Notes under the pieces: generated by a model
The model's database searches: none
What the model saw: only the letters and a program-made list of their open reading frames with translations
What the model was told of the DNA's origin: nothing
Program-made: the position numbers and the translations under genes
Assembly (NCBI GenBank): GCA_965203325.1
Contig: OZ241875.1
Location: forward strand, 1,504,001 to 1,568,000
Direction: 5' to 3'
DNA length: 64,000 bases
Origin: a bacterium
Lineage (GTDB): Bacteria; UBA8248
In this document: positions 50,864 to 60,547 of the stretch, one piece after another
Position numbering within the stretch: the stretch's first letter is position 1
Layout of the letters: each line of letters begins with the position of its first letter

Positions 50864-51126
50864 GCCAGTGGGTCCCCCCTCGTTGCAGACAAGGTAATTT
50901 ATTTCCTGGAAGTTCTCTTATCTTGTTTTGATGTGCGCTTCTGCAAGATATAGTTATCGCCTTGAGCTAGTCAAGAGAAATTCGAGCGCAACAAACCAGA
51001 AAATGGCGTTTTACGGATTGATTCCAGGATAGCGGTACGAACGAAGTGCTTCGGCGCTCCTGCACCATGGATCACGCCGATCGCGAGTGACCCGATACTT
51101 TTCGTGCCGGCTCTTTTGAGGAAGTG

Positions 51127-52200
51127 CTAACGTACGCGCGTTCCGTCGGGTTCGAAGAGGTAGACGCGCTCGGAGTCGAAGGTGACGTTCAACCGCTCGC
51201 CTTCCTTGAAGCGATCGCTCGCCTCGATGATCGCGATGGTCGGACGCTCGGCGCCGTGCTCGAAGTAGAGCAGCGTGTCCTTGCCGAGGGGCTCGACGAG
51301 CTGAATGTCGCACGAGAAGGCGGCATCCTGGCTTCCCACCACGATGTGCTCGGGCCGCACGCCCAGGGTGTAGTCCCCCGGAGATACGCCCGCGTAGGCG
51401 TCGGGGAGTCTGAATTCAATTCCGGCGCCCGTGAAGGCGGTGGCGCCGTTCGATCCCTCCACCTTCCCCGCGATGAGGTTCATGGAGGGGCTGCCGAAGA
51501 AATCGGCCACGAAGTAGCTGACCGGGTCGTTGTAGATTTCCAGCGGAGTGCCCACCTGCTCGATGACGCCGTCGCGCATCACCACGATGCGGTCGGCCAG
51601 CGTCATGGCCTCCTCCTGATCGTGCGTGACGTAGACGAAGGTTTTCTTGAGTTCCTCGTGCAGCCTGTCGATCTCGGCGCGCATCTCACGCCTGAGCTTG
51701 GCGTCGAGGCTCGAGAGCGGCTCGTCCAGCAGAAAAGCGGCCGGGTCGGTGATGAGGGTGCGGGCCAGTGCGGCGCGCTGCGCCTCGCCGCCCGAGCATT
51801 CGACGGGCAGCTTGTGGAGAAGGTGTGTGATGCGCACCATGTCGGCCACCTCCCGCACCTGCTGTTTGCGCGTTTCCTCCGGCACCTTCTTCATCCGTGG
51901 GCCGAACTCGATGTTCTCGGCCACCGTCTTGTGCGGGAACAGGGCGTGCGTCTGGAAGACCATGCCGACGCCGCGGTCTCCGGGGTCGACGTCGTTCACG
52001 AGCCGCCCGTCGATCTCGATCTCACCCGCAGTGGGCTCCTCGAAACCCGCGATCATGCGCAGCGTGGTCGTCTTCCCGCATCCCGAAGGGCCGACGATGA
52101 CGACGAACTCGCCTTCCTCGATGGTGAAGTCGAGGTTCTTCACGGCCTCGATGTTCCTGCCGAATACCTTGCGTAAGCCCTTGAGTTCGATTCTCGCCAT
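51127..52200 (-). CDS. Carbohydrate ABC transporter ATP-binding protein (MalK/UgpC type)
   Basis: GPSGCGKTT, CSGGEAQR, LLDEPLS, VTHDQEEAM, TOBE domain LGVRPEH. Confidence 0.92.
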   Translation of the reverse strand: MARIELKGLRKVFGRNIEAVKNLDFTIEEGEFVVIVGPSGCGKTTTLRMIAGFEEPTAGEIEIDGRLVNDVDPGDRGVGMVFQTHALFPHKTVAENIEFGPRMKKVPEETRKQQVREVADMVRITHLLHKLPVECSGGEAQRAALARTLITDPAAFLLDEPLSSLDAKLRREMRAEIDRLHEELKKTFVYVTHDQEEAMTLADRIVVMRDGVIEQVGTPLEIYNDPVSYFVADFFGSPSMNLIAGKVEGSNGATAFTGAGIEFRLPDAYAGVSPGDYTLGVRPEHIVVGSQDAAFSCDIQLVEPLGKDTLLYFEHGAERPTIAIIEASDRFKEGERLNVTFDSERVYLFEPDGTRVR

Positions 52201-52207
52201 TGTCCTT

Positions 52208-53110
52208 TTACCTCTTCACCATTCCGAAAGTGAAACCTCGCACCAGGTGTTTTCGAATAAAAATGCCGATGACCATGAGCGGCAGCGTGATTCCCACCGC
52301 CAGAGCGGCCTGGTGGCCGTAGACGCGGCCCTCGTCGGAGCCTTCGTATTTCGCCAACTGGACGGGCAGCGTCACCACGTCCACCTTCGACAGCATGAGA
52401 GAGAGCAGATATTCGCTCCACGTCAGGATGAGGATAAACAGGAACGTCGCCACGATGCCGGAGCGTATGAGCGGGAATATCACCTCGCGGATCGCCTGCC
52501 ACTTGGTCGCGCCCAGAATCTCGGCGGCCTGTTCGATCTCGACGGGAACCTCGTCCACGAAGCTCTTCGTCATCCAGACGGAATACGGCAGTGTGGTGAT
52601 GAAATAGACGATAATCAGCCCCAGCGCCGTGTCCATCAGATGGATCGCCGAATAGTAGAGCGTCAGCGGCGCCGCCACCACGATGGGCGGAATCATCCTG
52701 AGCACAAGGAGCTGGAACATCCGTATCTCCGATAATATCCGGTACCGCGAGACCCCATAGGCCAGAATGGCTCCGAATGCGACCGAAAGCGCCGTGGCGG
52801 TGATGGCGATGTAGAGGCTGTTCCAGAGCGCCTGCCAGGGCTTGTTCGCCGAAGCCGACTCGTAGCGGGCCGTCTGTGTTTTCTCTTCGGTGGCGGTGCG
52901 GGGACTTTCGGGCCTGCCCCACACGGCCTGGTAATTGACCCAGGAGGCCTCCTTCGACCAGTAGACCGGCGGCCAGGCGTGCCATTCCCAGTCGGGCTTG
53001 AACGAGGTGGAAACTATCCAGAAAATCGGGAACGCCACGATCACCGACCATATGAAAAGCATGGCGTAGCGGAAGATGGTGAACAGGCGCGCCTTCTGTA
53101 CTCGGTTCAT
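52208..53110 (-). CDS. Carbohydrate ABC transporter permease
   Basis: WIVSTSFK, EAA-like IEQAAEILGA, WSEYL. Confidence 0.9.
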   Translation of the reverse strand: MNRVQKARLFTIFRYAMLFIWSVIVAFPIFWIVSTSFKPDWEWHAWPPVYWSKEASWVNYQAVWGRPESPRTATEEKTQTARYESASANKPWQALWNSLYIAITATALSVAFGAILAYGVSRYRILSEIRMFQLLVLRMIPPIVVAAPLTLYYSAIHLMDTALGLIIVYFITTLPYSVWMTKSFVDEVPVEIEQAAEILGATKWQAIREVIFPLIRSGIVATFLFILILTWSEYLLSLMLSKVDVVTLPVQLAKYEGSDEGRVYGHQAALAVGITLPLMVIGIFIRKHLVRGFTFGMVKR

Positions 53111-53112
53111 GT

Positions 53113-54075
53113 CTAGGCCTCCGTGCGCGACGTTTCATGCAGGGCGTCGAGCGCCCGCTTCTCGCGGCGCAGCACGTAGATCGCCGTGAGAACGATGAAT
53201 ATCATGAGCACCATGACTACGTAGGACATCGCCGCGCCCTTCGATATGTCGAACGACACCCAGGTCGTGAAATAGAGATAGATGGGTATCGTCTCTGTAG
53301 CGGTGCCGGGCCCTCCCTGGATTAGGCCCCACGTTTTGGGAAATTCCGCCATGGCCTCCAGGAAGCGCAGGATGAGCGCCAGGAATATGACGGGCCTTAA
53401 AAGCGGAAGCTGGATCTCGCGGAATATCTGCAGGCGGTTCGCCCCCAGAATACGCGCAGCCTCCACCGGTTCGGTCGGCAGCGAGGAGAGGCCGGCCAGC
53501 ATGATGATGAAGACGAAAGGCGTCCAGTTCCATATTTCGAGCAATATAATCGTGAAGATGGCGAAATTGGGATTCGACAGCCAGGTGAACTTCGAGAGGT
53601 CCCCCGGCAGGAAATAACTCAAAAACCCGTTGATGGGCCCTTTCTCGTACAAGAGCATGTCGGCGGTGTAGGCTATCACCACGGGCACCGTCAGCATCGG
53701 GAGGATGAAGAGAATGTAGAAAAACGCCTGTCCCCGGAAGGGCTTGTACATCAACAGCGCCAGAATGAAGCCGCATATGAAACAACCCAGCGTCGAGAGA
53801 CCCGCGAACATGAGCGAGCGCCCCATGGCTCTCCAGAAACGACCTTCGGTCAACACCTCCTGGAACAACTCCAGCCCCACGAACTCCGCGTCGAACCACG
53901 TGGAGAGATAAACCGTCCAGGAATGGAACGAAAAATATATCTGCAAGAGAAAGACGGGTATCAGGAACGCGAACAGGAGAATCAGCGGAGAGAGCACGCT
54001 CCATTTGAATATGCGCACGCCCCGGGCGCGCGTAGAGCGTCTACCCTTGGGTTGCGCAATTGTGGCCGTCGCCAT
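53113..54075 (-). CDS. Carbohydrate ABC transporter permease
   Basis: WNWTPF, EPVEAARILGA, GGPGTATET. Confidence 0.9.
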   Translation of the reverse strand: MATATIAQPKGRRSTRARGVRIFKWSVLSPLILLFAFLIPVFLLQIYFSFHSWTVYLSTWFDAEFVGLELFQEVLTEGRFWRAMGRSLMFAGLSTLGCFICGFILALLMYKPFRGQAFFYILFILPMLTVPVVIAYTADMLLYEKGPINGFLSYFLPGDLSKFTWLSNPNFAIFTIILLEIWNWTPFVFIIMLAGLSSLPTEPVEAARILGANRLQIFREIQLPLLRPVIFLALILRFLEAMAEFPKTWGLIQGGPGTATETIPIYLYFTTWVSFDISKGAAMSYVVMVLMIFIVLTAIYVLRREKRALDALHETSRTEA

Positions 54076-54239
54076 TCAACAAGACTCCTGCGGTATCGAA
54101 TGAATCGGAGCGTACGCCGGAAACCATTCGGAAGCGATAATCGCGTCGGCAGCCGGGGCGGGCGATTCCCCGCCCGCCCCAACCGGCGAAACATGAAACC
54201 TCCGCCCCGGAGCCGCGCCCCGGGGAGAGAAGGTTCGTC

Positions 54240-55691
54240 TTACATGGGTTTGTCAACCTTCGGCATCATGGCCTTGTAGAAGGGAATCTCCTTCTTGAGC
54301 TTGCGCTTGCCGACCTTGCGGATGATCTTGGCCCATTCGCTCTGGATGTCGCCCATCACCTTCTTGGCGCCCTTCTTGCGGCCCGCGTAGGCCTCGGAGA
54401 GGTTCCGGTCGACGACTTCCTTGAACTCCTGGTAGCCGGTCACATACGGCGGCGGGCAGGTGACGAGGAGGTTGTCCTCCACGGACTTGATGCCCGGCTT
54501 GGTGTAGACCTTCGTCACCTGCGGGTCGGTCATGTGCTTGGGATGCCAGGGATCGTGGAACGTGAACTTCGGATGGCCCACGACCTCGGCGCTGTTCTTG
54601 TAGGTGCTCATGTACATGGCCCATGCGACGGCCTGTTTCTTGCGCGGGCTGTGACGGTTCACCACCATGGCCATCACCGGAGCGGAGAAGGCGCGGTGGA
54701 TGAGCTTGCCGGAGAATTTCGAACCCGGAACCAGGCCGTAATGCCACATGCCCCTGGTTTTGGTGCCCGCCGTCGGGCTTTCGATAGCGGCGATAATTCC
54801 GTCCCAGTACTGGCAGGAGAAAATCTTGCCGTTGCGGATCCGGGGGATCATCTGCGGCGAACCCCAGGCGCCCGCCTCGGGGTGGGAAACCTGCTTGCGA
54901 GCAAGCCAGGTGTCGAAGGCGTATTCGGCCGCCGGCGTGTTCAGCGTGGGGTTGGCGTCGTCGTCGAACGGGAAGCCGCCCGCGCTGTAGAGATACATCC
55001 AGTACCAGAAGCTGCTGTTCGCCTTGTCGCGCAGGCCGCCGAAGCCGTAGAGTTCCTTGTCGGGCCTGTGGAAGTGTTTCATCATTTCGAGTTCGTCTTC
55101 CCAGGTAACAGGCCACTTGAGAGGCTTGCCGTGCTTGTCGGCGAAGGCCTTGCGCTCATCGGGATTGTCGAACAGGTCCTTGCGGATGAACTGCGGGCAG
55201 ACGTTGCCGTCCGTGGGCATGGCGTAGGTCTTGCCCTGATACGTCATGAAGGTCTCAAAGTTGCCCACCATCTTGAGGTCGAAGCCGGCGGCCTTCATGT
55301 AGTCGTCGAGGGGCTCGAGCATTCCCGCCGCCACGAGGGAGGGAATCATCATGGACTCGACGTGGAAGATGTCGAACTTGCCCGAGCGCGTGATGGCCTC
55401 GGCCATGGCCCGCTGGGGAATCTGCAGGTTGGGAACGTCACTGACCTTGTCCATGGAGATGCCGGTGGCTTTATTGAACTCGCGGTTGAGGTCAGGGTAG
55501 TTCCGCCAGTAGAGGCCCCACATCATACCGTTCAGCTTGGCGCCGCCCAGCTTCTTGCCCGCTTTGATGACGACGTCCTCCTCGGGCCCGGCATGGGATT
55601 TGCCCGCGCCGCCGAGAACGGCGGGACCCGCCACCGCAGTGGCCAGACCGGCCTTGAGGAGGCTTCTTCTTTTAATCTGCTTCTCGCTCAT
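54240..55691 (-). CDS. Extracellular solute-binding protein with Tat signal
   Basis: IKRRSLLK twin-arginine signal; LEPLDDY, YAMPTDG, IRKDLF, PVTWED. Confidence 0.88.
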   Translation of the reverse strand: MSEKQIKRRSLLKAGLATAVAGPAVLGGAGKSHAGPEEDVVIKAGKKLGGAKLNGMMWGLYWRNYPDLNREFNKATGISMDKVSDVPNLQIPQRAMAEAITRSGKFDIFHVESMMIPSLVAAGMLEPLDDYMKAAGFDLKMVGNFETFMTYQGKTYAMPTDGNVCPQFIRKDLFDNPDERKAFADKHGKPLKWPVTWEDELEMMKHFHRPDKELYGFGGLRDKANSSFWYWMYLYSAGGFPFDDDANPTLNTPAAEYAFDTWLARKQVSHPEAGAWGSPQMIPRIRNGKIFSCQYWDGIIAAIESPTAGTKTRGMWHYGLVPGSKFSGKLIHRAFSAPVMAMVVNRHSPRKKQAVAWAMYMSTYKNSAEVVGHPKFTFHDPWHPKHMTDPQVTKVYTKPGIKSVEDNLLVTCPPPYVTGYQEFKEVVDRNLSEAYAGRKKGAKKVMGDIQSEWAKIIRKVGKRKLKKEIPFYKAMMPKVDKPM

Positions 55692-56010
55692 CGGGGTGTT
55701 CCTCCTTCATTCTTGGGGTGACCGAGTGGGCGAATGGAATCCGCGTTAAGCGTCCATCGCACGATGAAACGCCGGCCGGCGGATAAACCCGCCTCTCGGC
55801 CCGTATATGCAACTCATAATGCCTTGGTAACAGCGCATTGTATGAAAGCGTCGTTTTTTGTCAACAAGCGCAGCAAGTCCGTCTCAAGTAATTCGCGAGC
55901 CGCAAACCGAACGACACGCAAAAGGAGACGGCGGCGGGAAACAGGCGCAAAAAACCGCCCTCCCCGGCGAGGTTCCAGAGCCGGAGAGGGCGATGCGGTG
56001 CGGCTTGAAT

Positions 56011-56523
56011 CTAGCCTTCGACCGATTCCGCTTCCATTTCCTCCAGCTTTTTCAGGGCCACCTTGTCCCTCAGCAGGAACACCGGACAGGGCGCGCGCCG
56101 GAGAACCTGCTCGGAGACGCTGCCAATCAGGAAGCGGCTCACCATGTTGTGGCCGTGCGTTCCCATGACGAGGAGGTCGAAATCCCCCGTGTCGGCGAAT
56201 TGCACGATCTCCTTCACCGGTTCGCCGAAAACGACGAGAGTTTCGATGGGCACGGCCGACTCGATCTGTTTCGTCATCACGTCGAGATTGCTCTGCAACT
56301 CGATGCGCGTATCCTCGAGCAGCCGGCTCGGAGAGATGGTGCCCACGAGTTCCGCACCGTAGCCGCCGTATTTGGCCGCGTAGTCGGGGTTTCTGGCCAC
56401 GTGGATGGCCATGACTTCCGCGTTGCGGTTCTCCCCGATCTCCGCCGCGACCTTCAGGACGCCCCGGCTGAGTTCCGAGAAATCGACGGCTGCCAGTACT
56501 TTCTTGGGGTCATATATTCGCAT
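56011..56523 (-). CDS. Universal stress protein
   Basis: VLAAVDFS, DLLVMGTHG, IGSVSEQVLRRAPCPV; GGAGG RBS. Confidence 0.92.
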   Translation of the reverse strand: MRIYDPKKVLAAVDFSELSRGVLKVAAEIGENRNAEVMAIHVARNPDYAAKYGGYGAELVGTISPSRLLEDTRIELQSNLDVMTKQIESAVPIETLVVFGEPVKEIVQFADTGDFDLLVMGTHGHNMVSRFLIGSVSEQVLRRAPCPVFLLRDKVALKKLEEMEAESVEG

Positions 56524-56576
56524 GGCGTTTCCCTCCGATATGAATGAAATAAGATGTTTCCGTCCTTGCACCAAGC

Positions 56577-56606
56577 AAAAAGCGGAGCCTTTGGAGGCCC
56601 CGCTTT
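56577..56606 (-). terminator. Intrinsic terminator-like hairpin upstream of usp
   Basis: AAAGCGGGGCCT-CCAA-AGGCTCCGCTTTTT. Confidence 0.7.
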
Positions 56607-56802
56607 CCTTCTTGTTTTTTCGCCTGCGGAGGCCTGCCGAATTCCTTGCGCCGGCTGTCTTTTGACATCCCCCGAGAGGCCGGCGCGCTGCTTCAGGGGA
56701 CTAGACTCCATCACTCCATCAACCCCCTATGGTCTGTTTCAAATATAGGCCCTCATGCGCCATCTTTCAAGAAGATTCCGCGCGCAAGCCGCCCCGCCCG
56801 CC

Positions 56803-57786
56803 TTAATCGATCTCCACCACCACGTTACCGACGTTCGCGAAATTCTCCATGATCTCGTGCGCGGCGGCGGTATCCTCCAGGGAAAAGCGCGCAGCGATGT
56901 GGTGGGTGAGCGCCCCCGCCTTGCACGCTGTGTTGATGTCGCTGCACGCCTGATCAATCGCCGCGTCCGGCATGGTGTAGACGAACACCATGCGGATGGC
57001 CGTGTTCCCGGGCATCATCTGGTACCAGGGCAGCACGGGTTCGGGAACGCGCGTGGAGCCGTAAGCGGCGACGGTCCCGTTTCCCTTGAGCACCTTGCGG
57101 GTGACGTCCAGGTTCTCGCCGAAATCCACCTCGCAAATCCTGTCCACGCCCGCGCCGCCGGTGATCTCCAGGATGCGCTCCGCTGCGTCCTCATCGCGGT
57201 AGTTCACCACGTGGTCCGCACCCGCCTCGCGCGCGATCCGCGCCTTCTCCTCGTTGCTGACGGTGGCGATGACATCGGCGCCCCCCCACTTGGCGAGCTG
57301 CACGCCGTAGCGCCCCACGGCGCCCGCCCCGCCGGTGACGAGCGCAGTCTGCCCCATGATTGGCCCGTCGATAAAAAGCGCCCTGTGGGCGGTCATCGCC
57401 GGAATCGCCAGACACGCGCCCTGGGCGAAATCCACCGAATCCGCCAGCGGCACCGCCTGCCGCTCGGGCAGAACGATGAACTCGGCGGCCGTGCCGTAAG
57501 GCCTTTGCCACTGGCCGTTGAATATCCAGACGCGCTCGCCCACGCGGGCCGCGTCCACACCCTCGCCCACGCTCTCGATGACGCCCGCGCCGTCCGAGTG
57601 GGGGATGATTCTCGGCCAGCGCATCTCGCCGCGCGAACCCAGGCGGCCTTTGTAGTCCGAAGGGTTCGCGCCCGAGGCGTGGAGGCGCACGCGCACTTCG
57701 CCCGCGCCGGGCTCGGGGGTATCGAGTTCACCGAATTTCAGCACTTCATTCGCCGGGCCATACGCTTCATACCAGACGGCTCGCAT
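56803..57786 (-). CDS. NADPH:quinone reductase (zeta-crystallin/MDR family)
   Basis: ASGANPSD, PHSDGAG, GERVW, GTAAE, GGAGAVG. Confidence 0.9.
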   Translation of the reverse strand: MRAVWYEAYGPANEVLKFGELDTPEPGAGEVRVRLHASGANPSDYKGRLGSRGEMRWPRIIPHSDGAGVIESVGEGVDAARVGERVWIFNGQWQRPYGTAAEFIVLPERQAVPLADSVDFAQGACLAIPAMTAHRALFIDGPIMGQTALVTGGAGAVGRYGVQLAKWGGADVIATVSNEEKARIAREAGADHVVNYRDEDAAERILEITGGAGVDRICEVDFGENLDVTRKVLKGNGTVAAYGSTRVPEPVLPWYQMMPGNTAIRMVFVYTMPDAAIDQACSDINTACKAGALTHHIAARFSLEDTAAAHEIMENFANVGNVVVEID

Positions 57787-57880
57787 GATCTCTCCTTCAT
57801 ATAATCATTATGAATTGCCTGACAGGATAAAGAACGGAAAACGCCTCCCGCCCGTTAAAGCGCAAAACCTTGCGCCGGTC

Positions 57881-58999
57881 TTACGCCGCGGTACGCTCTC
57901 GCTCGATCATCTCCTTGATTCGGGGAATCAGGTCGCGCGCGGCGCGGTGGCATTCCTCCACGTGGGGGTAGCCCGAGAGGATGAACTCATCGATGCCCAA
58001 TCGCCAGTAGCCGAGAAGCTCCTCCGCAATTTGCTGGGGCGTTCCCACGAGCGCGGAGCCGCAGTTCACCCGCACCTGGGAGATGCCGTTCCAAAGATGC
58101 GGCCCGACCCGGAAATCCTCGAACGCGCGCGCCTGTGCGGCGGCGCCGACCATGCTCGTGCCGGCCACCAGCGCGCCGCGCTGCGCCTTCACGGTATCCT
58201 CCGCGCGGCTGAGCAACTCGCGCGTCTCATCCCAGGCATCTTCTTCAGTGTCGCGCATTACCAAGTGGGAGCGCACGCCGAAGACGGGCGTCCGCCCCGC
58301 CTCGGCGAAAGAGGCCCGTGCGCGCTCAAGGTGCTTTCGGGTCTCCTCCACCGGCCCTATCCAACCGAGGTAAACGTCCGACTGCGTTCCCGCGAGCTTG
58401 AGTGCGGCGGGCGATGCGCCGCCGAGATAGAACTGGGGCGTCTCTCCCGCCGGGCCGGGCGAGCAGTGCACATCGCTCAGCTTCACGAACTTCCCGTCGA
58501 AGCTGACGGGCTCGGGTTTTTCCCATAGCTTGCGGATGGCGGCTATGAACTCCTCCGCGCGTTCGTAGCGCGTATCGTGGTCGATCCGCTCGCCCATCTT
58601 CTCGAACTCGCCCTTGATGCCGCCGGGCACGACGTTCAGGTCCACGCGCCCGCCCGTAATCTGGCTGAGCGTGGCCGCCATCTGCGCGAACAGGCCGGGG
58701 TTCACGAAGCCGGGGCGCACGGCGATGAGAAAACGTATCTTCTCGCTCCGCGCGGCCAGCGCCGTCACCATCGTCCAGGTCTCCGCCAGGGGGGCGCCCT
58801 GGTCGAAAAGCCCGTTGGCAAAGCGCGTGGGGATGAGCATGGAGTAGAAGCCGTTCTCCTCCGCCGCCTTCACCACCTCGCTCAGGTATTCAAACGTGGG
58901 CGGACGCTCGGCCCGCAGCGTGCCGATGTGCGCGCCGTCACCGTCGATCGGAATGAACCAGTCGAAGCGCGGCGCCGGACGTTCGTGATTGTTGGCCAT
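57881..58999 (-). CDS. LLM-class monooxygenase (alkanesulfonate monooxygenase SsuD-like)
   Basis: FDWFIPIDGDG, LIAVRPG, YLGGASPA, LWNGI, ALVGTPQQ, FILSGYPHVEE. Confidence 0.85.
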   Translation of the reverse strand: MANNHERPAPRFDWFIPIDGDGAHIGTLRAERPPTFEYLSEVVKAAEENGFYSMLIPTRFANGLFDQGAPLAETWTMVTALAARSEKIRFLIAVRPGFVNPGLFAQMAATLSQITGGRVDLNVVPGGIKGEFEKMGERIDHDTRYERAEEFIAAIRKLWEKPEPVSFDGKFVKLSDVHCSPGPAGETPQFYLGGASPAALKLAGTQSDVYLGWIGPVEETRKHLERARASFAEAGRTPVFGVRSHLVMRDTEEDAWDETRELLSRAEDTVKAQRGALVAGTSMVGAAAQARAFEDFRVGPHLWNGISQVRVNCGSALVGTPQQIAEELLGYWRLGIDEFILSGYPHVEECHRAARDLIPRIKEMIERERTAA

Positions 59000-59124
59000 G
59001 CGGAATACTCCCCTGCGTTTTCAGTATGAAATTCCGGCGATTCTATTACAGAAGCAGGGGGCTTGAAAGGCGGTGGCGCTCCGCAATTCCAGTCACTTCC
59101 GAACCTGCCATTTCTTCATACAGC

Positions 59125-59150
59125 AGGGCGGTTCGCGAACCACCCCTGCC
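59125..59150. repeat. Solitary REP palindrome
   Basis: GGGCGGTTCGCGAACCACCCCTGC, similar to the REPs at ~42065 and ~43816. Confidence 0.65.
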
Positions 59151-59286
59151 AAAGGGGGATATCCGTAAAGAATGGAGAACGAGAAACAGGCTGCTTATGA
59201 TGCCCTTTTGACTTTTCGGTCCAAAATCGCTAGTCTCCGTGTAGAGGACCCGTACTCTTTCTTACTCACCGGAGGCGGGGGGAACC

Positions 59287-59736
59287 ATGCAAAAACTCTT
59301 CGATCATTTCAAAACCAACGCCGGCGTATGGACGTTCGGGCTATTCATGGCCGCGATAGCGGGCGGCATCTATCAATTCACGGTATTCATGGTCAGCGCC
59401 CAGGTCACGCCCGTCAGCGAGCGCGTCGATGCGGAAGTCAAGAGGCTCGACGCGGCGGATGGGAACACGAACATCAGAATCGCCGATTTCAAGGAGCACA
59501 TGGACGAGCGTTTCGACGAATTGAAGAGAGGCGTGGGTGACCTCAAAGAAGATGTAAAGCGCAACAGGGAGCGAATCGATCTTCTCGACAAAAAAATCGA
59601 GAGGAAAATAGAATTCCTGGATCGGAAAATAAGCCGTTTGGATGCGAAAATCGACAAGAAATTCGACCTGCTGGATGCGAAAATGGACGAGAAGTTCAAC
59701 CTCATCCTGCTGAGGCTCCCGCCGCTCAAGAAATAG
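59287..59736 (+). CDS. Hypothetical membrane-anchored coiled-coil protein with LDxKID-type repeats
   Basis: N-terminal TM segment; IDLLDKKIERK/IEFLDRKISR/LDAKIDKK/FDLLDAKMDEK; GGAGG upstream. Confidence 0.7.
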   Translation: MQKLFDHFKTNAGVWTFGLFMAAIAGGIYQFTVFMVSAQVTPVSERVDAEVKRLDAADGNTNIRIADFKEHMDERFDELKRGVGDLKEDVKRNRERIDLLDKKIERKIEFLDRKISRLDAKIDKKFDLLDAKMDEKFNLILLRLPPLKK

Positions 59737-59789
59737 TTTTCAGATATCGGTCTATGAGCGCTCACGCTCGAATACCCGCCGCATAACCC

Positions 59790-60422
59790 TCAAGCCAGCG
59801 TTTCGCCGAGCGCCGCCAGTTCATCGAGCGCATCCCTGGCGAAGGAACTCTGGAAGACGGCCTCCGCTGCAGCCCCCGGATAGACGGCCCACAGCGCGTC
59901 CTTATCGCAGAACAAGATGGTGGTGAGAGGCCGCAAAACGATCGCGCCTACAGTTTCGTGCACGTCGGGCCGGTTGATCCACCTGCGGAACGAGGCTTCG
60001 CAGTCCGCCGCAAGTGTGAGTTCTGAATCCCAGAGCGGATCGCCCGAATAGAAGTTCTGAAGATTCGGGCCGGCGAATTCATTCTCAAGATATGCGCGCT
60101 CAAGCGGCTGGAGGCTTTCCGCTTTCTTGTGGATTCTGAACGAATGAGACGCCGCGCAGGCGACGCCTATCCGCATCGTGGCGGGGCTTTGGCGAGATTG
60201 CGCGCGATACTCGAACCACACGCTCTTGCCCGAATAGCGGCCCCGCAAATGGCCGCCTTCGAGATGCGACGTTCCCGCATCCAGAATTTCTGCCAGCGGC
60301 TTCATCCGGCGGGCGAGCCACACGTCGCGGAAGAAGACGTAATAGACGACTGCGCCGAGAACCACCGCCAGGGCGAGGAGGCTCGGTCCGTCCAAATGCA
60401 CTCCAAAAAGCGACAAACCCAT
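59790..60422 (-). CDS. Hypothetical single-TM membrane protein
   Basis: 210-aa ORF with an N-terminal hydrophobic helix, filling the gap between neighbours. Confidence 0.6.
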   Translation of the reverse strand: MGLSLFGVHLDGPSLLALAVVLGAVVYYVFFRDVWLARRMKPLAEILDAGTSHLEGGHLRGRYSGKSVWFEYRAQSRQSPATMRIGVACAASHSFRIHKKAESLQPLERAYLENEFAGPNLQNFYSGDPLWDSELTLAADCEASFRRWINRPDVHETVGAIVLRPLTTILFCDKDALWAVYPGAAAEAVFQSSFARDALDELAALGETLA

Positions 60423-60495
60423 AGGCTCAAAACCTTTTGGTGAACCATCTCACAAGTCTACAAACCATCTTTGAGAATCCTACGCTCCGCGAGTC

Positions 60496-60523
60496 TGGAT
60501 TCCGGCTTTCGCCGGAATGACGA
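60496..60523. repeat. Copy of the GGATTCCGGCTTTCGCCGGAATGAC palindromic repeat
   Basis: Identical to 21244-21271. Confidence 0.8.
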
Positions 60524-60547
60524 TGAGAAAAACATTCCCGCAAGAGT

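Noticed and set aside
55808..55825. Sigma54 promoter for the ABC operon (GGCA...TTGC on the minus strand)
   Set aside because: GG-to-GC spacing is 11 rather than the required 10.
56695..56727. Fluoride riboswitch suggested by GATGGAGT upstream of usp
   Set aside because: It lacks the matching downstream CTRATGRCTCC pseudoknot segment.
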